From Octopus vulgaris (lineage: Eukaryota), in assembly GCA_951406725.2 (NCBI GenBank), contig OX597827.1:78306001-78370000 (forward strand): DNA of 64,000 nucleotides, written 5' to 3'. This document shows positions 52,965-64,000 of this stretch, one piece after another. Position 1 is the first letter of the stretch. Every line of letters starts with the position of its first letter. The position numbers and the translations under genes were made by a program. The notes beneath the pieces are model-generated. The model did no database searches, had not been told where the DNA came from, and worked only from the letters and a program-made list of their open reading frames with translations.

Positions 52965-54228
52965 TCAATGATCTGATATATCCAAAACTACCTTTCATAT
53001 GGCAAGTAACCCTCTGGTGCAGTTATATATATATATACCTCACCTTCTAACAAAAGAACAAAAAGAAAACCTGCTAAGTCATTGTTTGTATGCATGACCT
53101 GGTTGCCTATATACCATGCTGTTGCTGCTTTTTTTTGGCGCCTCTGTACTCATAAGCTGGTACACGCACTCAACCCAACAATACACAGAAGAGGTGACAG
53201 CTGCAATGGGGAGACAACTGCGGTTGGTTGGTATTTGCTTTTTAGTTTGTTATCTTTTATCATTTATTTATTTCAGTCATTGGACTGCGGCCATGCTGGA
53301 GAACCCACCTTGAAGGGTTTAGTCAAACAACTTGACCCCAGCACCAATTTTTCAAAAGCATGGTATTTATTCTATCATTGTCTTTTGCTAAACTGCTAAG
53401 ATTTGGGACAGTAAACAAACCAACACCAGTTGTCCAAAAGTACTGGGGACAAACACACACTAACATATGATAGGCTTCCACACAGTTTCCATCTATCAAA
53501 TTCACTCACAAGACATTGGTCTGCCAGGGTCTATAGCAGGAGACACTTGTCCAAGGTGCTGCACAGAGGGACTGAACCTGAAATCTCTGGGAGACTAACA
53601 AGATAATACCTTTAAACAGTTGTTTCCATCAAATTATGAAGCAAAGGATTATAGAGGATAAACCAATTATTTTAGGGATCACAAGGAAAATATGTTCCCT
53701 AATATTTTTTTTTTTTCAAACGAGATATAAAATTTGATTATTTATAGATTTTGAGTGTGGTGCAGCCATCTGGTTCGAGAGTCCTCAGTCAAATCTTCCA
53801 ACCCATGCCAGCATGGAAAGCGGACGTTAAACGAAGATGGTGATGATGATGGTATTTGATGAGTTGAAAGAGAAAGAGAGGAAGAGAGAATGAAAGAAAG
53901 AGAGAGAGAGGAAAAGGAAGTGAGCAAGAGAGAGTAGTCTCTCTTGGATCAGTGATTGCCAACACGTGGGATATTTACTGAAGAATTATGTTTATAAGAC
54001 AGCAACAGAAGAGAGAGGTGAAAGAGTGGGGACAAAGAAGGGAACAAATGAAAGGGAGACAAAGAGAGAGACAAGAGAGGGAACCATGAAATATTTAATG
54101 TATTTACTTAATGCACGGTCCTTTGTGTGTGTGTGTGTGTGTGTGTGTGCGTCCTATATAGGTAGGGCAAATCTACTTTAGCGTGAACATATAGCTATCA
54201 CTGGAATTTAATCAATTCTGTTGGTATC

Positions 54229-54303
<75 letters not shown>

Positions 54304-54313
54304 CATGTGTATA

Positions 54314-54355
<42 letters not shown>

Positions 54356-54413
54356 CACATATATATATATGTATATATGTGTATATATATATATGTGTGT
54401 GTGTCTATATATA

Positions 54414-54757
54414 CTAGGGGAGATATCTAGCCTTGCTAGGGATTAAAATGGCATAGTTTTTTTTTTATTGTTTTACTTGTTTCAGTCATGCGACTGCAGC
54501 CATGCTGGAGCACCTCCGTTGGTTGACCAAATCGACCCCAGGATTTATTCTTTATAAGCCTAGTACTTATTCTGTCAGTGTCTTTTGCCAACCCGCTAAA
54601 GTATGGAAACATAAACACAGCAACATCTATTGTCAAGCAATGGTGGGGTACAAACACAGACACACATACACACACAAATATACACACATGTATACGACAG
54701 TCTTCTTTCAGTTTCCGTGTACGAAATCCACTCACAAAGTTTTGGTCAACCTGAGGC

Positions 54758-54806
<49 letters not shown>

Positions 54807-55151
54807 TATATATCTGTATATATAAAAATTTTTTTCGTAATGAGATGAAACATCGGACGAAAGTGAAACATTGGAAGCAAGTCAAAATATTGTCTGAACA
54901 TGACCTGAAATTTGTGCACATTACAATAGAGATGTTATTGTTTCACTTTTGACACGTAATACTGAAATAGTGTTAGAAATAAGAGATTGCTTCAGGGTCA
55001 CATTAGGCAAGAAGTTGAAAATGTAATTTGGCCCACGACACTCCATGACCCTAAGTAAGGCATGTGTAAAATTTAAATGAAATCGGTTGGGTAGTTCTTG
55101 AGTTTTAGTGAGGTGCATACACACACACAAACACATTCTCAGTTTTATATA
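54414..55151 (-). mobile_element. Helitron-like non-autonomous element with nested SINE (~54460-54760)
   Basis: A-CTAG end with an adjacent degenerate hairpin. The other end, AAATCGGTTG...(CA)n...TTTTATATAT, resembles the 7443 family layout. Confidence 0.55.
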
Positions 55152-55179
55152 TTTCGCAATATCAAAGGAAGGCTAACTG

Positions 55180-56521
55180 GGAAGATAGCAGGGGTGGATG
55201 CTCTGTGAGTGTAGCTGCTAGAATAAGAATAGCCAGGGCAAAGTTCAGAGAGCTCTTACCTCTGCTGCTAACAAAGGGCCTCTCACCCAGAGTAAATGGT
55301 AGAGTGTATGACGCATGTATGCAAACCACCATGCTACACGGCAGTGAAACATGGTCCGTGACTGCTGAGGACATGCGTAAGCTTGCAAGGAAAAAAGCTG
55401 GTATGCTCCGCTGGATGTATAGTTTCAGTGTGCATACACAACAGAGTGTAAGCGCCCTGAGAGAAAAGTTGGACATAAGAAGGATCAGATGTGATGTGCA
55501 AGAGAGACGACTGCGCTGGTATGGTCATGTGGTGAGAATGGATGAGGATAGCTGTGTGATAAAATGTCACACCCTAGCAACAGAGGGAACCTGTGGAAGA
55601 GGTAGACCCAGGAAGACCTGGGATGAGGTGGTGAAGCACAGCCTTTGAACATTGGGCCTCACAGAGGCAATGACAAGTGACCGAGACCTTTGGAGATATG
55701 CTGTGCTTGAGAAGACCTGGAAAGTCAAGTGAGACCATAGCTGTGGCCTATGCCAGTGCAGCATAACCAGCCCATTTAAGAGTACTCTTCAATCATTGGA
55801 CAATAAACTGCACTTGCAAAGACCTGTCGAGGCAAGTGAAGTCATTGTTGTGGCCAATGACAGTACCCACTGATTGGCACCCATGCGGGTGGCATGTAAA
55901 AAGCGCCATTTGTGTGTGGTCGATGCCATTACCGCCTGACTAGTCCCATGTCGGAGGCACATAAAAAACACCATTCAAGTGTGATTATTGCCAGTGCTGC
56001 CTGACTGGCTCCCTTGCCGGTGGAATGTAAAAAACACCATTCAAGTGTGATTATTGCCAGTGCTGCCTGACTGGCTCCCTTGCCGGTGGAATGTAAAAAA
56101 CACCATTCAAGTGTGGTCATTGCCAGTGCCGCCTGACTGGCTCCCTTGCCGGTGGAATGTAAAAAACACCATTCAAGTGTGGTCATTGCCAGTGCCGCCT
56201 GACTGGCTCCCTTGCCGGTGGAATGTAAAAAACACCATTCAAGTGTGATCATTGCCAGTGCCGCCTGATTGGCTCCCTTGCCGGTGGAATGTAAGAAGCA
56301 CCATTCAAGCATGGTTGATACCAGTACCGCCTGAATGGCCCTCATGCTGGTGGCACATAAAAAGCATCCACTGGTTGGCGTTAGGAAGGGCATCCAGCTG
56401 TTGAAACTTTGCCAGATCAGATTGGAGCCTGCTGCAGCTATCTGGCTTGCCAGTCCTCAGTCAAACCGTCCAACCCATGCCAGCATGGAAAGCGGACGTT
56501 AAACGATGACAATGATGATGA
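55180..56521 (+). mobile_element. RTE-type LINE: ORF2 C-terminus, 3' UTR with 66-bp VNTR, (GAT)n tail
   Basis: ORF 55205-55648 has MLHGSETW, RRLRWYGHVVRM and GRGRPRKTW. It is contiguous with the VNTR and terminal block. Confidence 0.92.
55833..56365 (+). repeat. 66-bp tandem array (~8 units)
   Basis: Unit starts at 55963, 56029, 56095, 56161, 56227, 56293 and 56359. Confidence 0.95.
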
Positions 56522-56540
56522 TATATATATATATATAAAA

Positions 56541-56770
56541 CAGGCGGCGAGCTGGCAGAGACGTTAGTAGCCAGGTGAAGTGCTTCGCGGTATTTCGCCC
56601 GTCGCTACGTTCTGAGTTCAAATTCCGCCGAGGTCGACTTTGCCTTTCATCCTTTCGGGGTCGATAAATTAAGTACCAGTTACGCACTGGGGTCGACGTA
56701 ATCGACTTAATCCGTTTGTCTGTCCTTGTTTGTCCCCTCTATGTTTAGCCCCTTGTAGGTAGTAAAGAAA
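56541..56770 (+). mobile_element. tRNA-derived SINE (Deu/Nin-like core), young copy
   Basis: CpG-intact full copy flanked by TA. Confidence 0.9.
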
Positions 56771-56814
56771 CGGATATATATATATACACACACACATGAT
56801 CTATGCACATGCAC

Positions 56815-56855
<41 letters not shown>

Positions 56856-56862
56856 TCTATTC

Positions 56863-56893
<31 letters not shown>

Positions 56894-57235
56894 GGTTTGA
56901 TGATGCAAACAAGAAAAAGACCTAATAGAACTCAAAACTTGAGTGTATATATACTTTACAATAGTAATCGGCAGAAGTTTCAGGGTGAGTCAATGACTCA
57001 AGGGCCGAGAGTGTCATGTGTCGGTGGCACTCATCAAAAGTTTGATAACTGCCAATGCACGACATTCTCAGAGTGTGTGTGTGTGTGAGTGCGTGCATGC
57101 GTGTGTGTGTATGTGGGTGTGTGCGTGTGTGTGTATGTGGGTGTGTGCGTGTGTGTGTGTGTGCGTGCGTTTGACTTCAGTTGACTTTTATCTTATTATT
57201 TTATCTTTGTTCTTGTATTACTCTGGTGGACATTG

Positions 57236-57570
57236 ATGTGGTTGTGGTGGTGGTGGTGATGGTGGTGGTGGTAGTGATGGTAGTGGTTTTGGTAGAGGTG
57301 ATGGTGATGGTGGTGCTGGTGCTGGTGGTGCTGGTGCTGGTGCTGGTGGTTGTGGTGGTGGTTGTGGTGGTGTTGGTGTTGGTGGCAGTGGTAGTGATGG
57401 TAGTGGTGGTGGTAGAGGTGATGTTGATGGTGGTGTTGATCTTAGCAGTGGTAGTATTGGTGTTGTTCTTTGTGTTTGTAGCATTGGTTATTGTCAGTGG
57501 TCATGATTGTGGTGGTGGTGGTGGTGGTAATGATGGCAGTGGCAGTGGTGATGGTGGTGGTATTTGGTGG
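57236..57570. repeat. (GTG/GTT/GAT)n trinucleotide tract
   Basis: Imperfect GTG repeat; it produces the spurious poly-Val ORF. Confidence 0.95.
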
Positions 57571-58479
57571 TACTTGGTAAGAAAATGGAAAACATAAAAA
57601 AAAATGGTAAAAATATGCAGACACAATTACACACAAGACAGTAACACAATACACCCCACCCAGACACACACACACACATATACAGACTCACCCCCCACAC
57701 ACACAGACACACACATGTTGACAACATCTTGATGTCACTTAACAACAAAAAAAACCCAAGATATAAATACAATCAGTTACAGTAGGGGATAATCCCTGAA
57801 ATTATTTAAACGGCTTCAGTAGTGTGATTAATAATTTATAACAAATTAATTTGTAGTTGATTAATTGATTGATTTACTGATTAATCAGTTAACAATAAAA
57901 CTGAAGTGAACAATAGCACATGTGTGTGTCTGTTTGCTTATTGGCAAAATGACCCTTCCAATGTACAACATTTGTATGTGTATGCATGTACATATCATTT
58001 CCTCCAGCCCCTGTGCCAGTGGCACGTAAAAAGCACTCACTACACTCATGCAGTAGTTGGCATCAAGAAGGGCATCCAGCTGTAGAAACACTGCCAGATC
58101 AGACTGGAGCCTGGTGCAGCCTTCCAGCTTGCCAGCCCTGCTCAAACCGTCCAACTCATGCCAGCATGGAAAACGGACGTTAAACAATGATGATGATGAT
58201 GATGATTTTCCAAGCTCTCATGAGGACATAATTTGTTGAGGTGGATTTATGTGTGTGTGTGTGTGTGTGTGTAATCTCCTCCTTCTCTTCCTCCTCATCA
58301 ACACCAGCACCATCATCATCATCTTTATCACTTAATGTCTATTTTCCATGCTGGCATGGGTTGGACAGTTTGAACAATTTGACAGGATTGAGCAAGCTGC
58401 AGGGCTGTACTGAGAAACCAGAATTGGGTAGAGGGCCAAGCACTGTGTCCTACTATAGAGGAGATATATGGCTATATAT

Positions 58480-58777
58480 GTATGCTTCTCTGGATGTGCA
58501 ATGTCAGTGTGCATGTTAGAGTTTAAGCATCTTGAGAGAAAAGTTAGGCATGAGAGGCATCAGGTGTGGTGTGCAGTGGTATCTCTCTTTCTCTTTTACT
58601 TGTTTCAGTCATTTGACTGTGGCCATGCTGGAGTACCGCCTTTAGTCGAGGACTTATTCTTTGTAAGCCCAGTACTTATTCTATCGGTCTCTTTTGCCGA
58701 ACCACTAAGTGACGGGGACGTAAACACACCAGCATCGGTTGTCAAGCAATGCTAGGGGGACAGACACACAAACATAT

Positions 58778-58818
<41 letters not shown>

Positions 58819-59622
58819 TACGACAGGCTTCTTTCAGTTTCTGTCTACCAAATCCACTCACAAGGCATTGGTCGGCCCGGGGCTATAGCAGAAGACACTT
58901 GCCCCAAGATGCCACACAGTGGGACTGAACCCGGAACCATGTGGTTGGTTAGCAAGCTACTTACCACACAGCCACTCCTGCGCCACACTCCTCCATGACG
59001 TATGGTCATGTGATGCGTATGGATGAGGAAGCTGTGTAAAGAAGTACCAATCTCTAACTGTGGAGGGAGCCTGTGGTAGAGGTCGACCCAAGAGACATGG
59101 GACGAAGTGGTGGAGCATGATCTTCAAACTTTGAGCCTCATAGAAGGAATGACTAGTGGCCTGGACCTTTGGCGATATGCTGTGCTTGAGAAGACCCATC
59201 AAACCAAGTGAAATCGTTTTCATGGGTGATGCTGGAGTCACGTAATTGGCACATAAAGATCATCTTTTGAGCGTTAGGCCTCACAGAGGCAAAGTGGCTG
59301 AGTTCCTTTCAAGTGTTGAGCCTCACGGAGGCAATGACCTTTGGCATTATGCTGTGCTTGAGAAGAAGACCCATCAAGTCAAGCAAAATCACAGTTGTGA
59401 CAGATACTGGTGTCATGCAAATGGCACCTGTGCCAGTGGCACGTAAAAGCATCCATTACACACTCAAAGTGGTTGATGTTAGGAAGGGCTTCCAGCCATA
59501 GAAAACCATGCTAAATCAGACTGGAGTCTTGTGCAGCCTTCAGGTTTACCAGCCCTGGTCAAACTGTCCAACCCATGACAACATGGATAACAGATGTTGA
59601 ATAATGATGATGATGATGATGA
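58480..59622 (+). mobile_element. RTE-type LINE 3' part interrupted by an antisense SINE (~58585-58985)
   Basis: ORF2 C-terminal homology to 55410-55740 on both sides of the SINE; (GAT)n tail. Confidence 0.8.
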
Positions 59623-59629
59623 TATATAT

Positions 59630-59866
59630 ATCATCATCATCGTCATCATCGTTTAACATTCGTTTTCCATGCTGGCATGGGTTGGACAGTTTGACTGAAG
59701 TCTGGAGACCCAGCAGCTGTACCAGGCTCCAATCTGATCTGGCAAGGTTTCTACAGCTGGATGCCCTTCCTAATGCCAACCACTCCGATAGTGTAGTGGA
59801 TGCTTTTTACATGCCACTGGCACTGGAGCCAGTCAGTGGGTACTGGCATCGACCATGTTCGGATGA
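59630..59866 (-). mobile_element. RTE-type LINE 3' end, tail-to-tail with the previous copy
   Basis: (GAT)n-(TA)n-(ATC)n junction at ~59603-59650. Confidence 0.85.
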
Positions 59867-60379
59867 TGCATGCATATACACACATATATATACATATATA
59901 TATATAAATATGTGTGTGTATAAAAAAAAATGAGTCACATGTCCTTCCTGAGCCATGGGCTCATAAAGCTGGTTTTCTAGATTCTGTGGCTTATATCATT
60001 CCCCCTGGATAGGATGCCAGTCACTTGCAAGTCAGCTGGATGAACTGAATTAATGTGAAGCGAAGCGTTTTGCCCCAGAGCACAATGCATCACCCAATCC
60101 AGGAATAGAAACCGTAATCTTATGATTGTGAGTTGAAAACTCTCTCCTGTACTCACTGGGCTTCTTTAGTGTCCGAATACTAATTTCAGTGGGGAGGCAT
60201 TGCCTGCTCATAGTTATAGTACGGTATGCCAGGCAACAGTATCCATGCAGTGGGACCAAGCCCCTGGCTGTGTGGCTTCAAAGCAAACATCTTAATCACT
60301 GACCCCTGCCTGCACACACACACACAAACACAAACACAAACACACACACACACACACACGTGCGCACATGCACACACAC

Positions 60380-60418
<39 letters not shown>

Positions 60419-60455
60419 TGGATAAATGTTCTGTTCAGAGAATCCTTTAGTTAAA

Positions 60456-60670
60456 CCCTTTAGCATTCAGAGGATTCTCTCAAATGCAATTCTTGTTTAT
60501 TCTGATTGTTTCCATTAATTACGTATTATCTTGTAGCTTCAAGATTTCCATGATACGACTGAATATTTTTAGAATGACAGGACAGGCGTAAAAGGCTGGA
60601 TCTAACCAGTTTGAACACAAAACAGGTATATTAATTGGACCAGATGTGGCTGGTTTAAATGCTGAATGGT
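60456..60670. mobile_element. piggyBac-like MITE (13894 family, inverted)
   Basis: CCCTTTAGCATTCAG ... TTTAAATGCTGAATGG|TTAA. Confidence 0.7.
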
Positions 60671-61377
60671 TAATGAAGGATCTGACAACCTCTTTAATGC
60701 TGGTGCTGTGAGAAAAGCATTGAATACATTCTATAAACTGGTTGGTGTTTGAAAAGGCATCAAGCTGTTGAAAGGTTTTATTTATCAACTTCAGAAATAT
60801 AAACAACAAAATCACTGACATTGTTCAGATTTGAACCCAGAACATAAAAAGGAGTCACTAAGCAATAAAATATTTTTTAATATTTTGTCTATCAAAATGA
60901 CTCACTCAATAAGATATTAAATTATTTTAATGTTCAATTTATTTGATATCTTGAGTCAGTGATTGTGTATTCAACTGTAAAGGACAACTGGGTATAACTT
61001 GCAGTGTCACAGGATTGAACTGGAAAAACTCGTTTGGTAAACATCATTGTTTACATTTATTTACAATGGACGGCCAGGTGTCCTCATTTCCTTTGTGGCT
61101 ATCACGTTTCAGCTGATGTACTCTCCAGCCTTCATCAGGTGTTCTGGTGGAATTTCAAACCCAACCCTCTATTTGACTAATGGAGTACACTGTTCTCATT
61201 TCCAGGTTATGTTGCTGGTGTTATTTTTCTGTGTGGGCAACTAAACGTGTCTGGACTGATGCATCACTTCAAATGGAGAATACTTTGAAGGCAATAAAAG
61301 TGTAAACATGTAAGACTAAGTGAATAAGATAATGTTGTAAAATTCCAGTTTCTTTTGGGTAACCCCTAGTATATATA

Positions 61378-61607
61378 TTTCTTTACTACCCACAAGGGGC
61401 TAAACACAGAGGGGACAAACAAGGACAGACAAACGGATTAAGTCGATTACATCGACCCCAGTGCGTAACTGGTACTTAATTTATCGACCCCCAAAAGGAT
61501 GAAAGGCAAAGTCAACCTCGGCAGAATTTGAACTCGGAACGTAACGACAGATGAAATACGGCTACGAATTTCGCCCGGCGTGCTAACGTTTCTACCAGCT
61601 CGCCGCC
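61378..61607 (-). mobile_element. tRNA-derived SINE (Deu/Nin-like core)
   Basis: Reverse complement of 56541-56770, with apparent TSD CCCTAGTATATATAT. Preceded by a mariner 3' remnant (GEYFEG) at ~61245-61369. Confidence 0.9.
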
Positions 61608-61623
61608 CTAGTATATATATATA

Positions 61624-61855
61624 TAAATGTAATATGTGACAATTATTCGGTAGCCAAGATAAAGCTCTGAGTTTAAGATGTCGAGGTGGATAACTGAAGA
61701 GATAGTATTGTGGATTTCCACCTCAGCATGCGAAACTCAGAGTTTTATCTTGGCTACCGAATAATTGTCACGTATTACATTTACAGATAAATTCCTTTAT
61801 TTACATAATATTGAGGTCTCTTTCTTTCTTTTTTTATCTTACCGTTTTTCCCAAT
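61624..61855 (+). mobile_element. Fold-back plus tail element containing a hammerhead candidate (61689-61749)
   Basis: About 67-bp arms (61624-61690 and 61717-61783). GAUAA-CUGAAGA-[31 nt]-GAAA-CUCAGAG-UU^UUAUC. TA-flanked. Confidence 0.8.
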
Positions 61856-61869
61856 ATATATATATATAT

Positions 61870-62400
61870 GCAGAGTTTGACCACCTCTTGTACCTACACC
61901 TGAGACCCATCCATCATGGCATCTGATGTGGCTTTTTAAACCAGACAATGTATTGAAAAGACACCCACATAGATTGCACAACTGATTTGGTCACCCAAGA
62001 GCTGCAGTTAAGTTCTGCTCTTTGTGTATTTCAAGATGTCTTTTGAGGTTTTGAGGCCTCCGTTAGAATTGCAGACCTTCTGGCATACACGGCATTGAAA
62101 GGTGTGCACAGATATATAGGCAGAATAGTTGGTGGAGGTTCGTTTTTCATGGGTCCGTCATTATGAGATTTGAGCCCAGCCAAAGAAAGACATGGTCTAT
62201 CAAACTGTGTACACAAAAAGGTCAGAGATTCACCTTGATCCCAACATTCTTCTTTAAATCTTACTTGAGTCTTGCATATATTATCCTACCCTCCTCAAAT
62301 GCTTTCACTCTGCTCCACACATTTGTTCGCCATCAAAGCTCGATCCAAAGCAAGGGTTTCTATGGCCTTTGGATCAACTCCAAGTGACTTCATGGTAGTC
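61870..62400 (-). mobile_element. Decayed LINE (RTE-like) C-terminus with repeated C2H2-like fingers
   Basis: CNLCGCLFNTLSGLKSHIRCH, CTQFDRPCLSLAGLKSH and a frameshifted CRVCQK finger; no TGEKP linkers. Confidence 0.55.
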
Positions 62401-63789
62401 CTTATGCTGTCCTTAAACCTCTTTATATATAATAGTACGTAAACACTTTATGTATTTGAAACCAATTCAGCATATATTGATGTCCTCCACTTTCCACTGT
62501 TCATTTTCTTGCATTGAATTAAACATTGAATTAAACCTTTGTTATCAATGGATATTGAAAATAAATGCAAATGGCTTTCAATTTCAAACTAGGCTTTCAA
62601 ACTGTACTTATTATACTACAACATTGCAAGTTCTATTGAGATTTTATTTACAGTTGAGCACATTCTCAATGAATATAATTATACACAGATGTTTATATAT
62701 CTACACATACACACACACACATACATACATACATACATACATACATACATACATACAAATATATATATAAATATATGCATAAATAATATATAAATATATG
62801 CATATAAACAAACATACACATGTATATGTACAACAGACTTCTTTCAGCTTCCATCTATCAAATCCCCTCACAAGACTTTGGTCAGCCTGAGGCTATAGTA
62901 GAAGACACTTGTCCAAGGTGCCATGCAGTGGGTCTGAACCCGGAACCATGTGGTTGGTAGGCAAGCTACTTACCACACAGCCACTCATTTATGTATATAA
63001 ATATATATACTTACACTTTTTTCTTTCTTTCATTTGAATCCGTTTCCCCATGCTTGCCTTTCCTGGCACTAACTCTTATTGCTTTTTCCAAGTAAAGGAT
63101 TATGTATTTTATACATCCCCAAAGTGAGATGTTGTTCACTTTAAGTTGTCAACAACAGAGATTTCATCAATCTAAGAAGCGAAAAAATGTGCATGCACAC
63201 ATACATTCACACATATGCACCTACACATGCACATGCATATGCATAGATGTATATATAATTATATATATTTATATACATAAATGAGTGGCTGTGTAGTAAG
63301 TAGCTTGCCTACCAACCACATGGTTCTGGTAGTAAAGAAATTGGTATTTAGCTGAAGATTATAGCATTACTTTTTAAATCAAATTGAATTTTGGTCTTAT
63401 AATCAACTCTTTTGGTTTTACAGTTGAATCAGGGTTTTAAAATGTTTGTTTATATTACGATTAATTGTAGCAGTTTTATTTACATTTTACATTTATTCAG
63501 AGCTATTTCACTTATTTTGGGTTTATACCCTCAATTAATATTATTGTTATTATTATTATAATTATATTTATTAGTATTATTTGCATAAATATCATTAATT
63601 ATCACAATAATTATTTTAACTCGTATAATTACTATAGATGGTAAGTTATGTTTCTTTAAATCATATAAATATATATATATTTAATCCAGTGTGGATATCT
63701 CATAGCCTGTTCCTGTCTAGTGTTTATAAGAGTAAATTTAGAAGTGAAAATTTGGTGCATTTCTTCCACACAAAAGTCACATACACAAG

Positions 63790-63941
63790 TACAACAGGGG
63801 TCGCCACCACCCCCTGCCGAAGCCTCATGGTGCTTTAGGTGTTTTCACTCAATAAACACACACAACACCCGGTCTGGGAATCGAAACCGCGATATCCAAC
63901 CACAAGTCCGCTGCCCTAACCATCGGGCCGTTGCGCCTCCA
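63790..63941 (-). mobile_element. tRNA-derived SINE (5323 family), partial
   Basis: Head GTGGAGGCGCAACGGCCCGATGGTTAGGGCAGCGG on the minus strand. Confidence 0.85.
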
Positions 63942-64000
63942 CTGACGATGATGTTCTGAAAAGGTGGAAAGACAAAGTTAACCTAAGCAGGATTTGAACT

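Noticed and set aside
55833-56365. CRISPR-like regular array and 154-aa repetitive ORF
   Set aside because: Whole units are near-identical with no unique spacers, there are no cas genes, and it sits in a eukaryotic LINE 3' UTR. The ORF is a by-product of the 66-bp period.
57181-57772. Poly-Val, Pro-rich and His-rich ORFs
   Set aside because: Translations of (GTG)n repeat.
61781-62216. Third C2H2 ZNF gene
   Set aside because: Frameshifted, no TGEKP linkers, and the context resembles a LINE ORF2 end.

Overview
Eukaryotic, AT-rich, repeat-saturated DNA. The SINE/LINE families and single-exon C2H2 genes suggest a coleoid cephalopod, probably Octopus (inference from recall, not a search). There are two credible protein-coding regions, both C2H2 zinc-finger genes and arranged convergently: the 3' end of one (1-480, +) and a 683-aa, 12-finger gene (22648-24699, -). 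A transposon-free, CpG-containing block at ~42.4-45.9 kb is the best candidate promoter and 5' exons of the second gene. The rest is tRNA-derived SINEs, 5'-truncated RTE-type LINE ends with a VNTR and (GAT)n tail, decayed Tc1/mariner elements, piggyBac/hAT/Tc1 MITEs, non-autonomous Helitrons (including a seamless head-to-tail dimer), a decayed Penelope-like (PLE) RT/endonuclease ORF and large (TA)n fields. The main unexplained signal is a set of about ten short non-coding elements embedded in (TA)n tracts. Most are a long fold-back hairpin, often with a ~70-100-bp tail, and several carry type I hammerhead ribozyme motifs whose palindromic stem III varies between families. They look like ribozyme-bearing PLE termini or retrozyme-like mini-elements. 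Repeat coordinates were read by eye and may be off by a few to tens of bases.
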